The notes beneath the pieces are model-generated. The model was not told the DNA's origin, did no database searches, and was given only the letters and a program-made list of their open reading frames with translations. From the IMG/VR virus record IMGVR_UViG_3300050821_007139, positions 27,469 through 91,468 of that record: a DNA stretch of 64,000 nucleotides. One strand, written 5' to 3'. The stretch's first letter is position 1. Every line of letters begins with the position of its first letter. The stretch comes from a virus. Positions 1 through 9,939 of this stretch are shown in pieces. A program made the translations under genes and the position numbers.

Positions 1-86
1 AGGTGCGATTCAAGTTCTACAAAACCATGAGATACTGATCTACTCTGGAAAAGATGGGTATTAATGAGCGAAAGTAAGCTATAGAT

Positions 87-1259
87 ATGCGAAGAGTCAG
101 CTTACTCTTACTTATTGTATCGCTTGCTACGACACTGATAGGGTTGTTGGTTTCGCTGCCAAATCGCGCAAATATGCTTTTTATGCCGTCAGGGTCAGGT
201 GGTGGGATTAGTCCAGATGGATCTTTTATTCAAGCTCCGGCAACTGGAGTCACGGGCGCTGCGGCGGGATCATTAAGGACCGTATATGGTACTTTCTCAT
301 TCGGGGATTTATACGCGCCTGTCCCGCATTATGGTGGCGGACAGCTTTACATCCCGTTGCTAAACGGCGTGCAGATGGAGCCGGGGCAGACGTTCGTATG
401 GGCGCAGTTCTTTTATGTCGGGTACGGCGGGAACGCTTTTGCAATGGTTACGGGTGATCAGCTACAAGCATCGTGGAGCAATAGTTCGTGGAACGGTGAT
501 AATGGTGGCACAGGGCCGGGACCATTTACCGGGTTTCCAGGCTTTGGCGGGGCTAATCAGATACCCGTTGGGACGCCGACCCCACCAACATTGCCGACAG
601 CTTGGGCCGGTCCTTACACACCATCAGCAGATGGTACAGCGATCTCAGGTGGAACAGGAACCTTAACCTCAGCACGGGGAGATGGTGGGATATGGACTTT
701 TGGTGCTGCTAGCGGCGGCGGATATATCATGCAGCGCCAGGGTATCACCGTATCGACGCCCAATTCAGGCTCGCTCACGCCTTATATCGTCACCGATATG
801 CAAATAAGCGCGTTTGGCTCGTTATTTTTTAAGACGGTAGATACAGTGTGGCACGTATGGAGCGGTCATCAGGCGAACGCCTCGACGGGGCCGCCCGGTA
901 CGGTGCCGATTCCAGTGGCGGTTAACTTCACGCCAAATGGATCGCTACCGCATGTGACGGTTGGCTCGGCGGATGGAACATTCGTCGCAGGCGTCGTGAC
1001 CACTATGAGTGATGGGGGCAGTTCTGTCGGCACGCTTTCTATCGGCCTCGACTTTAACACTGGTACGCGATTGTTGCGTAACTGGAATAGCGCCGATCCC
1101 TGTCCGTCTAGCTGTTCGGCAAATACGACGATAGTTGTGTGCGGCGTTGGCACTATAGGCACGGGGCTGGGATGCGTCGGCACTTATAATGGATCGAGTT
1201 CTCCGGTGACTGTAACGCAAAATGGAGCTTCGATCGTGTCAAAGATTAACGCGCAATGA
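87..1259 (+). CDS. Gly/Thr/Ser-rich fibre/spike-like protein with N-terminal signal/TM segment
   Basis: 390 aa ORF; MRR plus hydrophobic leader; G/T/S-rich beta-type composition with C-terminal Cys; late-region context. Confidence 0.55.
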   Translation: MRRVSLLLLIVSLATTLIGLLVSLPNRANMLFMPSGSGGGISPDGSFIQAPATGVTGAAAGSLRTVYGTFSFGDLYAPVPHYGGGQLYIPLLNGVQMEPGQTFVWAQFFYVGYGGNAFAMVTGDQLQASWSNSSWNGDNGGTGPGPFTGFPGFGGANQIPVGTPTPPTLPTAWAGPYTPSADGTAISGGTGTLTSARGDGGIWTFGAASGGGYIMQRQGITVSTPNSGSLTPYIVTDMQISAFGSLFFKTVDTVWHVWSGHQANASTGPPGTVPIPVAVNFTPNGSLPHVTVGSADGTFVAGVVTTMSDGGSSVGTLSIGLDFNTGTRLLRNWNSADPCPSSCSANTTIVVCGVGTIGTGLGCVGTYNGSSSPVTVTQNGASIVSKINAQ

Positions 1260-1409
1260 CCTAATGAGGATCTCCCTCGACTATCAGACGGGTAGCGAGC
1301 ATAAGCGCATGCGGCTTTGCCTGAGCTTCTATGGCAACGGCTGGCGCCGGAGCATCCCCGTCTGGTTTTGGACCAAATCGTTTTTCGTGTGAGGGAGTGA
1401 CCACACCTT

Positions 1410-1637
1410 ATGGGCTCGCTAAGTCTCGCTCATTGGCTGGTTGTTTTCGCGATCGTCACATTTCTATTCGGGGCTGGCAAAATCCCCCGACTTATGAGCG
1501 ACGCGGCGAAGGGTGTAAAAATTTGGAAGAAAGAAATTCACGCTCCGCTCGAAGATGTTGTTAGCAACGTGAACGAAACATCTGCAGAGGTAAGAGCACT
1601 TAATCCGTTACCCACAATTAAAAAGCTTGGATTATGA
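1410..1637 (+). CDS. tatA: Twin-arginine translocase TatA/TatE family subunit
   Basis: [41 protein letters not shown] matches the alphaproteobacterial TatA pattern (MGS..W..V...LFG.GKIP.LM.D.AKG.K.FK); GAGGGAG upstream. Confidence 0.9.
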   Translation: MGSLSLAHWLVVFAIVTFLFGAGKIPRLMSDAAKGVKIWKKEIHAPLEDVVSNVNETSAEVRALNPLPTIKKLGL

Positions 1638-1810
1638 TAATTCGCGCGTTTGTATGGATCTTAATATTACTGCTTGTAGCTCCGGCTTTCGCTAAGCCAA
1701 AACATGGTGGCGGCGGAGGCGGTGGGGCGCCGTCGAATTTTATACTGAATGACGCAGGAACTGCGATTCTCACCAATGACGCTGGCACACAGAGGTTAAC
1801 TCCGCCATGA
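1634..1810 (+). CDS. Small signal-peptide protein (58 aa, not in ORF track)
   Basis: Hand translation [58 protein letters not shown]; ATGA overlaps with both neighbours. Confidence 0.7.
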   Translation: MIIRAFVWILILLLVAPAFAKPKHGGGGGGGAPSNFILNDAGTAILTNDAGTQRLTPP

Positions 1811-2760
1811 AACGATATCTTTGGTTTCTTTTAGTTTTTATATTTCCTGCATCGTCTATGGCCGATGTAACTTTTAGCTCGACTCGGGCGTATCAATCAG
1901 TATCGCTAACTGGCAGCGCATTTATTCCAAATGTTCTGCTTGGCTCAAACTTGACCCTAACTCTCGTTCACGGAACTTGTCCGTGTACATTGAATAATAT
2001 GACCAATATTTATCCTGGTCAGTTCGGTGTAGTTCATATTATAAATAGCTCTAGTGGTAGCGAGATTCTTACCCTATCAGGTAGTCAATATTCGTTGACT
2101 GTAACGCCTCCTTTTACACCAGATCCAGCATCTGAAAACGATTGGTTTTATACAGTCAACGCGGATAGCAAGGTATTATTTACATCAGCGGCATTACCAC
2201 CTTCGATCTCTAACACACAGGCGAATTTGCTCTCCGGCGCCGACGGAATGACAAGTGGCTGGACTGCACAAAACGCGACGCTTGCCACGGGCGCGACATG
2301 TACTAGCCCAATTGGCGGCACAAATACCTGTGCTTTATTGACTGAAGATACGACTACAAATACGCATTTCGCGTTTCAAAACACAACGCTACCGACATCC
2401 ACAAATACCGCGAGCGTGTTTGCCAAGATAAATTCCGGCACACGTTTTGTAGAGTTTCGAATAGCTGACAATTCTTTTGTCAATGTTGCTAGTGAGATAT
2501 TCGATCCGGTAACGTGCTCGGATACGATATCAGGTACTGGTGCTACCACGATTGGAACGGCGGTAATTATCGGTCATGGGACCATAGCGCGCTCAAACGG
2601 GTTTTGTGAGGGATGGATACAGGCGAATTTAGGCGGCGCTGTTCCGGTATTTGAGAATATCCAATTAGCAACACCGGCTGGTGATAATTATCTTGGAACG
2701 GGGCAGAGTAATTTATTGTGGCGTCCTGCAGTGAGGAATTGTGTATGCTCACCACCATGA
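1807..2760 (+). CDS. Fibre/head-spike-like protein with signal peptide
   Basis: Leader [19 protein letters not shown]; NLL...W...SPIGGTNTCALLTEDT motif typical of phage spike/fibre domains; paralogous to the C-terminal half of the next ORF. Confidence 0.6.
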   Translation: MKRYLWFLLVFIFPASSMADVTFSSTRAYQSVSLTGSAFIPNVLLGSNLTLTLVHGTCPCTLNNMTNIYPGQFGVVHIINSSSGSEILTLSGSQYSLTVTPPFTPDPASENDWFYTVNADSKVLFTSAALPPSISNTQANLLSGADGMTSGWTAQNATLATGATCTSPIGGTNTCALLTEDTTTNTHFAFQNTTLPTSTNTASVFAKINSGTRFVEFRIADNSFVNVASEIFDPVTCSDTISGTGATTIGTAVIIGHGTIARSNGFCEGWIQANLGGAVPVFENIQLATPAGDNYLGTGQSNLLWRPAVRNCVCSPP

Positions 2761-5012
2761 AACGAATTATTCTTACACTTGCTATTGCGATGGCGAGTGC
2801 ATTTCCGGCGCTTGCCCAAAATCAGGGAACTACTAGGCTTTTTCCTCCGATCGATGACTTGAGCCTGGTGAATCATCAGCCCTGGGCCTGCACTCAACTT
2901 ACTGCTGGCTGTGCGTTTAACGTAATCACGCCAAATCCAGGTATTGATCAGAGTGCCCAGATACAGGCTGCGCTTAATGGGTCGAAAACTTTGCCGGTAA
3001 TGTTAGTTGGCGGTCCATTCATTTCTTGCACACAGCTCCAGGTTCCCAACTATGGAACCTTTTTAAGCTATAATACCCTTGCTTATGATCCATTTTTTGG
3101 GACAGAAGCAAATACTTACCTGTCATGCAATAGTACATTTCATGGCACTAGTTTTGTTGCCTTTACTGGGTTACATGGCGGGTTGATTCGAGATATCGCT
3201 ATTGATGATAATTATACGCATCAAACAACTTTTGTGGGATCAATTTCGGGAACAACACTTTCTGTCGCTTCAATTACATCGAGCAATCTATCTCCAACGA
3301 TTACGGTCGGCCAAAGTTTGCAGGACGCGGCAGGTCATATTGCGATGACGACGCAGATAACCGCACTTGGTACTTGTGGAAATCCCGTTGTTCCGCCTTG
3401 TACTTTTTCTGTGTGGCCGTCACAGACAGTTGCAAGCGAAACTATGGGTGCTACAGTACACTGCTTTGAAAACATCCATAATGCTTCGTTCACCACTGCC
3501 TACGATATTCAAGGTGTCCGCTGTACGGGGGATGGATATCATGTTGTTGCCGATGGTAATCAGCCGGGTGGGCAGGGAATTGGTGGCGCTATCATCCGTC
3601 CATTAATTGGTGGCGCCCATACATATCTATCACTAAATGTTGGCGCTGGATTACGTGTCGATCAGGTAAATAACGGATTTGCCTCGGATCTTTCAGTGCA
3701 ATGCTGTCTCAATGCAGCAAGCAACTCGAATAACGGATTCTTCGGTCAATCAGTCGGGGATATTATACTGGCTGGGACAACTGGTCAATATGACAACCTT
3801 CGGACAGAGCAAGATGGAGCGTGTGGAGTTGTATTGCTTAATAGTGGCTACTTAACTCTTTCTAATTTACACGTTGACTCAAACTCATGCGTTGTTAAGG
3901 CGTTTAATTCATCGCTCAGTTTGATAGGTGGAGATGCGTTTAATAGGTTTACTGGGGTCACGGCGATTCAATTATTCAACTCCACTATGACTATGCAAGG
4001 ATTTTTTCTAGGCCCCGGATATTCATCTTCGATCCAAGCTGACGCCACGTCACATTTCTCCGGTTGGTTCGGCGGTACTAACCCTGGAATATCTTTTGCC
4101 GACCCCACAAGCGAACTTGTAGTGGGCCCAGGATTAATAAATTCAGTCGGCGGCAACCCGCCAGCTACCGTAACGCTTACCGGAGCCGCTTTTGCTGCAC
4201 CCGATTTATTACGCTCGGCCAACTCTATATTTGCCTTAAATCATGCGGGTTGTGCAGGTGGAACCGGCGGACATTGCTCTGTTCCGAACCCGACTTTTTT
4301 CACTAAGGGCACGAATGGCGTTTTTGAAATTCAGCAAAGTCTTACCGGCAATGATACAATTACTTGGGGTTCTGCATATGTTAATGCGCCAACACTCAGT
4401 ACGGGAGCTGGTGCGGTAGATTATGTACCGTGGTATGTAAATTCAGTCGGTCAGGTAGTGCTCGAAGCGCCTAATCAGAATCGGCTTGTTACAACTCCTG
4501 TTCCGGCCCAGCCTAACATTGTCACGCTACCATTGAGTTTTGCTGGTGGCGTATGGGGCGGTGGAACGCCTACGGCAGGTCAACTCGATCCAGAAGGCGG
4601 CACTACAGCAGTATTATTTACCGAAGATTCCAGCACCGGTTATCATGGCATATCAACTAATGTTACAGGTGCTGCTGGCACTTATACCGCCTCGTTCTTC
4701 TTCAAAGTTGGCGCTACCGGGGCGACGCGTTATGCAAACCTTCAGATCAATTCGACTACGACTAATGACCAGGTACAGTATCAGGTCAATCCCTGTAATA
4801 ATACAGGAGCGAGTGGCGGAGAAATAGTTGCAAGCGGGTGCATCATGTCACCAAATGGATATGGGCGGGTGTATTTGACTGTGGCAGCGCCGAGTGCATT
4901 ATCAAGCGTCATATTCTTTATGGGTGATTATAGTAATTATACCTATACGGGCGACGGCGTTTCTAATGGTTATTTCTGGGGGCCAATTATGCGTGCTGGG
5001 AATGCGCCATAA
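2757..5012 (+). CDS. Tailspike-like beta-helix protein with signal peptide and C-terminal spike domain
   Basis: Probable start ATG 2757 (ATGA overlap); MKRIILTLAIAMASAFPALAQ leader; DQSAQIQAALN beta-helix cap motif; C-terminal DPEGGTTAVLFTEDS...H domain. Confidence 0.65.
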   Translation: MKRIILTLAIAMASAFPALAQNQGTTRLFPPIDDLSLVNHQPWACTQLTAGCAFNVITPNPGIDQSAQIQAALNGSKTLPVMLVGGPFISCTQLQVPNYGTFLSYNTLAYDPFFGTEANTYLSCNSTFHGTSFVAFTGLHGGLIRDIAIDDNYTHQTTFVGSISGTTLSVASITSSNLSPTITVGQSLQDAAGHIAMTTQITALGTCGNPVVPPCTFSVWPSQTVASETMGATVHCFENIHNASFTTAYDIQGVRCTGDGYHVVADGNQPGGQGIGGAIIRPLIGGAHTYLSLNVGAGLRVDQVNNGFASDLSVQCCLNAASNSNNGFFGQSVGDIILAGTTGQYDNLRTEQDGACGVVLLNSGYLTLSNLHVDSNSCVVKAFNSSLSLIGGDAFNRFTGVTAIQLFNSTMTMQGFFLGPGYSSSIQADATSHFSGWFGGTNPGISFADPTSELVVGPGLINSVGGNPPATVTLTGAAFAAPDLLRSANSIFALNHAGCAGGTGGHCSVPNPTFFTKGTNGVFEIQQSLTGNDTITWGSAYVNAPTLSTGAGAVDYVPWYVNSVGQVVLEAPNQNRLVTTPVPAQPNIVTLPLSFAGGVWGGGTPTAGQLDPEGGTTAVLFTEDSSTGYHGISTNVTGAAGTYTASFFFKVGATGATRYANLQINSTTTNDQVQYQVNPCNNTGASGGEIVASGCIMSPNGYGRVYLTVAAPSALSSVIFFMGDYSNYTYTGDGVSNGYFWGPIMRAGNAP

Positions 5013-5058
5013 ATGAGCCTTAAGTGATATATTTGTTAGTTGGACATGGAAGATTCTA

Positions 5059-5292
5059 ATGAGCGAACAGGAAAAACCAACTCTCTGGTCTCGTATTCGC
5101 GAGTTCTTATATCCACCACGGCCTGACAAAACAGCCGTTGGTTACCTTGACTTTGCAGCTGGGGTTGATGACTGTGGTCGTTGCGCCCATTATCTTTCTA
5201 CTACACACCGCTGTAAACTTATCCGTGGTCGGGTATCTCCTAACGGATGGTGCCGGTACTTTGTAAACCCAGGGGAGAATCAGCCCTTTTAG
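5059..5292 (+). CDS. HiPIP-like [4Fe-4S] protein
   Basis: K-x2-VGY ... C-x2-C-x9-C-x2-I-x-G-x-V-x-P-x-G-W-C-x2-F matches short HiPIPs. Confidence 0.75.
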   Translation: MSEQEKPTLWSRIREFLYPPRPDKTAVGYLDFAAGVDDCGRCAHYLSTTHRCKLIRGRVSPNGWCRYFVNPGENQPF

Positions 5293-5325
5293 GTGTAAAT
5301 AATGAGCGACGAGCGAGAATTCTAA

Positions 5326-6123
5326 GTGGCTACAGATGATAACGGCATCTCCGAGTTAAGAAATGCGACTGATGAACTTAAACGCGTTATTGACTTAGTA
5401 CGGGACCGCTCCTCTATATGGACGCTCCCGCCTCAGTCGTCGGTGGGATTACCTATAGGTTCAGATAACTGGAATTTTACTACATTTGAGAAATATATTA
5501 ACCAGCGCTTTGGCGATCTTTCGTTACAGTTGCGCGAGCGCTATGAAGCGCAACAGACTGGCGTTATTGCTGCTTTGGCCGCTGCCGAGAAAGCGGTTAA
5601 CGCAGCGTTGATCGCCGCTGAGAAGGCAGTTGATAAAGCAGAAGGTGCCCAGCAGCTTCGTAACGAAGCGCAAAATGAGTTTCGTAAATCACTTTCCGAT
5701 CTTTCAGGATTGATGTGGACTAGTAAAGAAGGCTTGGCAGCGGTTGATTCAGTACGACGCGAGCTTAACGCCCTAGTAACAAATGCGGAAAATCGTATCG
5801 GCGTGATTGAAAAGTCTATTGCTGATAAGTGGAATTCTAAGGATGGCCAGTCAGCGGTAGATTCGGCGCGCCGTGAGAGGGTTGAAAGCTTTAGTCTTTT
5901 GGAAAAACGCACCGGAATATTAGAAACTGGTTACGCGAATCTTCAAGGGCGCATTTGGGCTGTGAGCGCATCATTTGCAATTATAGTTGTCATTGTTGAG
6001 ATTGCTATGCATTTCATACCTTCTTCTGTTTCTCCTACACCCATCCCTTCTATGTATAATAGTACGCCATCATCTCAGTGGCCGACGGCGGTTCCAACCG
6101 CACCCGGTGGTCCACAAAAATGA
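5326..6123 (+). CDS. Coiled-coil membrane protein adjacent to the endolysin
   Basis: AALAAAEKAV repeats, ..NEFR.. motif and a single C-terminal TM helix; upstream of the lysin. Confidence 0.55.
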   Translation: MATDDNGISELRNATDELKRVIDLVRDRSSIWTLPPQSSVGLPIGSDNWNFTTFEKYINQRFGDLSLQLRERYEAQQTGVIAALAAAEKAVNAALIAAEKAVDKAEGAQQLRNEAQNEFRKSLSDLSGLMWTSKEGLAAVDSVRRELNALVTNAENRIGVIEKSIADKWNSKDGQSAVDSARRERVESFSLLEKRTGILETGYANLQGRIWAVSASFAIIVVIVEIAMHFIPSSVSPTPIPSMYNSTPSSQWPTAVPTAPGGPQK

Positions 6124-6221
6124 ACGAAACCGATCCTATAGCAATAGCGCGATTCTTTTTAGAAATCTTTTTACTTATTGGCGCCATCGGAATTTTGCTT
6201 CTCCTTATAGATCATAGATAA
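6120..6221 (+). CDS. 33 aa single-TM peptide (holin/antiholin candidate; not in ORF track)
   Basis: MNETDPIAIARFFLEIFLLIGAIGILLLLIDHR; ATGA overlap with the previous gene; ends 4 nt before the lysin. Confidence 0.5.
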   Translation: MNETDPIAIARFFLEIFLLIGAIGILLLLIDHR

Positions 6222-6225
6222 AATT

Positions 6226-6867
6226 ATGCCCACACTTCCTTATCTTCCTAAAGTTACAACCGATACAGTAATCGATATAAGTCATTATGAAAAGATTAGT
6301 CAAGATTTTACACAAGTTGCAAAATCAGGCATCGTTGCAGTAATTATGAAGGCCACTCAAGGTGTTAACTTTGTCGATCCGACATTTCTTGAACGTGTAA
6401 GAGAGGCTAAAGCAGCCGGATTATTAGTCGGCGCTTACCATTTCTTAGATGGATCTAATCCGGCCGAACAAATAGCGCACTTTTTAACGGTTGCAGTAAG
6501 CGAAGGTGGAGTGGAATGGCTCGCGCTCGATTGGGAACCTTATCCAAATTCGCAAGCAACGGCAATGCAAGCGGCTACAGCAGCAGCGAGTATAGAAGCA
6601 GTACAAGATGTGTGGCCGACGTTATATACTATTCGTAGTATGCTTAATGGACCAAATAAGACACTCTTAAATTGTCCCCTATGGCTAGCTGAGTATGGCT
6701 CGAGACCAATACCGCCTCCAGGATTTACGGCTTGGAAGCTTTGGCAACATACGGATGGCCAAGTAGGAAGCAGTGTTAATCCCGTTCCTGGTATCGGGCC
6801 GTGCGATAGAAGTAAATTCGCTGGTACAGTAAGTGAGCTTAAAGCTTGGTGGGCGAACCCGGTTTAA
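6226..6867 (+). CDS. GH25 muramidase endolysin
   Basis: DISHY, KATQG, GAYHF, LDWE, WLAEY and LWQHT motifs of GH25. Confidence 0.92.
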   Translation: MPTLPYLPKVTTDTVIDISHYEKISQDFTQVAKSGIVAVIMKATQGVNFVDPTFLERVREAKAAGLLVGAYHFLDGSNPAEQIAHFLTVAVSEGGVEWLALDWEPYPNSQATAMQAATAAASIEAVQDVWPTLYTIRSMLNGPNKTLLNCPLWLAEYGSRPIPPPGFTAWKLWQHTDGQVGSSVNPVPGIGPCDRSKFAGTVSELKAWWANPV

Positions 6868-6884
6868 ATGAAAGGAATCTGGCT

Positions 6885-7109
6885 ATGAAATTGATCATGT
6901 TGGCGTTTCTCGGCATTTTGATGTACGCAACGACGGCGCAAGCCGCTAATTGCCGATGGACATACAATGGCTATGTATGCGCTCCGGGCTGGATGTGGCA
7001 GGATGGTCGCGAATGGAGCGAGTATGAGTGGCGCGAGCAGCACCGGCATCACGAGCGCGAGCGCGAGGGTGATTGGTCCCGTCATTATCACTACGATGAA
7101 AGGCATTAA
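6885..7109 (+). CDS. Small secreted protein with Trp/His/Arg/Glu-rich tail
   Basis: Start re-placed at ATG 6885 after AAAGGA; MKLIMLAFLGILMYATTAQA signal peptide; one Cys pair. Confidence 0.65.
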   Translation: MKLIMLAFLGILMYATTAQAANCRWTYNGYVCAPGWMWQDGREWSEYEWREQHRHHEREREGDWSRHYHYDERH

Positions 7110-7168
7110 TAATAAATTTTAACCATGCTTATCTTTAATAAGGCGTTATTTTGATGAAAATGACTTAG

Positions 7169-8281
7169 ATGCCATATATTGTTCCTGATAAAGTAGTTGA
7201 GCCGTTATATGCAATAGTGCCGTTGAGTAATCCGTGGAGATGGAAAGCTCGGTGGAAGCACGTAGAACGATCAATCAAGCATTTCATGGACTCCGGCGCA
7301 GTGGTTGTCCTTGTGGAAGTCGCTTTCAATCGCCGCGAGTTTGCCTTTGCTAATAGTGGCCTCGACGGAACACCAGCTAACTGTGGCGTGCTTGGCAGTG
7401 ACCATCGGTTCCGCCATCGCTATATCGGCCTTCGTAGCTCGCATGAGCTTTGGTTCAAAGAGAATCAGATAAACATAGCCGTCGCACAAGCGCTGCCCTA
7501 TGACTGGCAGAATATGTGCTGGTTGGATAGTGACCTATTATTTCTCCGACCGAATTGGGTAGGAGAATGTATCCACAAATTACAACACTACGATTTTCTA
7601 CAAATGTTTGACCATGCTAGAGATGTTGGGCCGAATTATAGAGTTTTACCGGGCGGATATCCTCACGCTGATGGAACAAGTTGGGTGAGATGGTGGCTTG
7701 ATGGAGAGCCCGATTTTAGCGAGATTGCAGTCCGAAAGGGCGAAGATTTAGCAATCGATCCCAAGCGTCGGCATAAGAAAAAGCATCATCCATATCCGCC
7801 TCGTGTTTGGCCGGGTTTAGCATGGGCCGCGACGCGCCGTGGTTTTGATGCTGTAGGAGGTTTGCTCGATTTCGCTATATGGGGTGGCGGAGATTATCAC
7901 ATGGCACATTGCTTGATTGAGCGCAAAGATGGCATGATGCGTAACGATCTTCATCCTAACTATAAGATGAAAGTAATGGAGTGGTTCGACCGCTGCCAGC
8001 GTCATATTAGGCGAAATGTTGGAGTTATGGAAGGTAGCGTTTTCCATTTTTGGCACGGGCGCAAGACTGATCGGGGTTATAATGCTAAACACGCAGCTCT
8101 CGCGCGGATCGGATTTGATCCATTACGGCACTTGAAGAGAGACTATCAAGGGCTCTATCAGCTCAATGACGACGGTAGCGAAGGCTTTGTGCAGATGCGT
8201 GATACGCTACGAAGAGTCGCAATAGAACGCGACGAGGACAGCAATGATACGCGGCTTGATCTTTGGGATCAGGGACACTGA
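7169..8281 (+). CDS. Glycosyltransferase-like protein (GT-A fold candidate)
   Basis: W.KEN.IN, WLDSD (DxD), GLAWA, GGGD and HFWHG motifs as in GT2/GT7-like viral proteins. Confidence 0.55.
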   Translation: MPYIVPDKVVEPLYAIVPLSNPWRWKARWKHVERSIKHFMDSGAVVVLVEVAFNRREFAFANSGLDGTPANCGVLGSDHRFRHRYIGLRSSHELWFKENQINIAVAQALPYDWQNMCWLDSDLLFLRPNWVGECIHKLQHYDFLQMFDHARDVGPNYRVLPGGYPHADGTSWVRWWLDGEPDFSEIAVRKGEDLAIDPKRRHKKKHHPYPPRVWPGLAWAATRRGFDAVGGLLDFAIWGGGDYHMAHCLIERKDGMMRNDLHPNYKMKVMEWFDRCQRHIRRNVGVMEGSVFHFWHGRKTDRGYNAKHAALARIGFDPLRHLKRDYQGLYQLNDDGSEGFVQMRDTLRRVAIERDEDSNDTRLDLWDQGH

Positions 8282-8432
8282 CAATGCGTGACTATTGGTA
8301 CGGCATAATTATATCTATTTGTTTCGCAGTCGTGGCTATTTGGTTTGGGGCATTTGAAATCATCAGATATCGGGAAGAAAAGAAGAAAAAGATATCTCAG
8401 CTATGATACAAGATTAGATTGGGACATTAAAC

Positions 8433-8639
8433 ATGAGGTTCAGATATCAGGGTGCAGACGTGCAGAGCGCACGGCATTCGATCTTCGATGGGCCACCGCC
8501 GCAAATGGTCGTGGAGGGAGAAGTTGTCGGGGTGTACTATGATCCCGATACAGAAGGACCGCAGCTATTACTGTGGGATGATAAGGCTGGCTGTATCAGA
8601 ACATGCCCCGCTCTTGAATCTAAGAAAATCTATCCATGA
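8433..8639 (+). CDS. Hypothetical protein
   Basis: 68 aa ORF; ATGA-coupled to the next gene. Confidence 0.5.
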   Translation: MRFRYQGADVQSARHSIFDGPPPQMVVEGEVVGVYYDPDTEGPQLLLWDDKAGCIRTCPALESKKIYP

Positions 8640-8983
8640 CTAAGATCATAACCCGAGTCATCTCGACGTTCGACACAAGTGGAAATGCGACATTGGTGAT
8701 TCCGAATCACGCCGAGAGCGTATCGCTAAAATTCTACGAGAATCCGCCGGACGATATTGGACAGCAGATTGCGGTAATCTTACTATTGGATGATCCGCCT
8801 ATCGTAGCTGGGACACACGAGCGTAAGTTTGTAATCGTACCAGACGGCCAGCCTGTGCCGGTAGAGTTTAAGAAGTATGTAGCTACTTTTCCTTACGGGC
8901 CGAATAAGATATTGGTTCATTGTATCGAAGTAGGGATACAGGAGATGGGAAGTTTTAATCCTGATACAGCAGTGATTTCATGA
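8636..8983 (+). CDS. Conserved phage hypothetical protein with C-terminal ExGxFNP motif
   Basis: Coupled on both sides; R.F.I...G...P...YV.T....VH..E pattern seen in small phage proteins. Confidence 0.6.
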   Translation: MTKIITRVISTFDTSGNATLVIPNHAESVSLKFYENPPDDIGQQIAVILLLDDPPIVAGTHERKFVIVPDGQPVPVEFKKYVATFPYGPNKILVHCIEVGIQEMGSFNPDTAVIS

Positions 8984-9489
8984 TGCGTTTAATCGCGGGC
9001 CTAGCTATACTAATCATCTCGTATATTCCAGTTTCGGCACAGATCACTAGCCTTTCGCCAGATTTGATAGTGAATTGTCCTAATGGAGCGCTCCCTTGCA
9101 CCATTGCTTCTCGCGCGCCTTTAGTTACTCATGGAGAGCAAAGTCTTAGTCTTGATCAAACCTTTATAGGAATGACTGTGGTGAGATCCTGCGCACCAGC
9201 GACTTGCCTGACAGGGATGAAAGACACTGTTGTTGATCCTTCAGTAATCGGTAAGAATAACTCCTTTGGCGTATGCACCGGCGCTGGATGGGATACCATA
9301 AGTGCAGTGACGCCTGTAATAAATGGCGCCAAATGGATATCGTTAACTCAGTGGCAATGCGCTGATTTCTTTTCGGACGGAACGAATTACCTGGTTGTAT
9401 TAAGTTGGCAGGCGGGAAATAATATGCAAAGGTGTCCGACAGGGCAACATATGACTTCGGCAGCGCCTTTCAGGTGCGGGCCGCCATAA
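8980..9489 (+). CDS. Cys-rich signal-peptide protein with fibre-type domain
   Basis: MMRLIAGLAILIISYIPVSAQ leader; ING...L.Q.Q....SDGTNY motif shared with the 50567, 52036 and 52630 ORFs. Confidence 0.6.
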   Translation: MMRLIAGLAILIISYIPVSAQITSLSPDLIVNCPNGALPCTIASRAPLVTHGEQSLSLDQTFIGMTVVRSCAPATCLTGMKDTVVDPSVIGKNNSFGVCTGAGWDTISAVTPVINGAKWISLTQWQCADFFSDGTNYLVVLSWQAGNNMQRCPTGQHMTSAAPFRCGPP

Positions 9490-9599
9490 TGACCAACTGG
9501 CAGGCTCAGTTGCTTGTAACCACCAGTATTATTCTCGCGATGATAGCAATCGTCATTTGGGGAATGTGGGATTATTTATAAACAAGGGCTAGGGCGTTC

Positions 9600-9926
9600 A
9601 TGATCGACAAGCAATATACTGTGGAAGAAATAGACCGCATGCGATCGGCGGTGCGTTATATAATATTTCCCGATGGCCATTTCTCTGACGATTTTCCTAT
9701 AGAAGAAAGGTATGTACAAAAGCAGACCGAAGATCAGCTTCGGACGTACATGATAAATGGGACACGCCCTGAAGAATTAGAAGAATTGGTAAGTGATAAA
9801 GAAGAATGGCTTAGATGGAGAAATAAAGAACGACAGAAATGTTGGGATACTGCTCCTCCTGATAGCACAGTAAAATACCCTGAAGAAATACAAGGCAATT
9901 GGCGTCCCGGACGGAAGGCAACATAA
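9600..9926 (+). CDS. Hypothetical protein
   Basis: 108 aa ORF in operon. Confidence 0.55.
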   Translation: MIDKQYTVEEIDRMRSAVRYIIFPDGHFSDDFPIEERYVQKQTEDQLRTYMINGTRPEELEELVSDKEEWLRWRNKERQKCWDTAPPDSTVKYPEEIQGNWRPGRKAT

Positions 9927-9939
9927 GGACTATAGTTAT

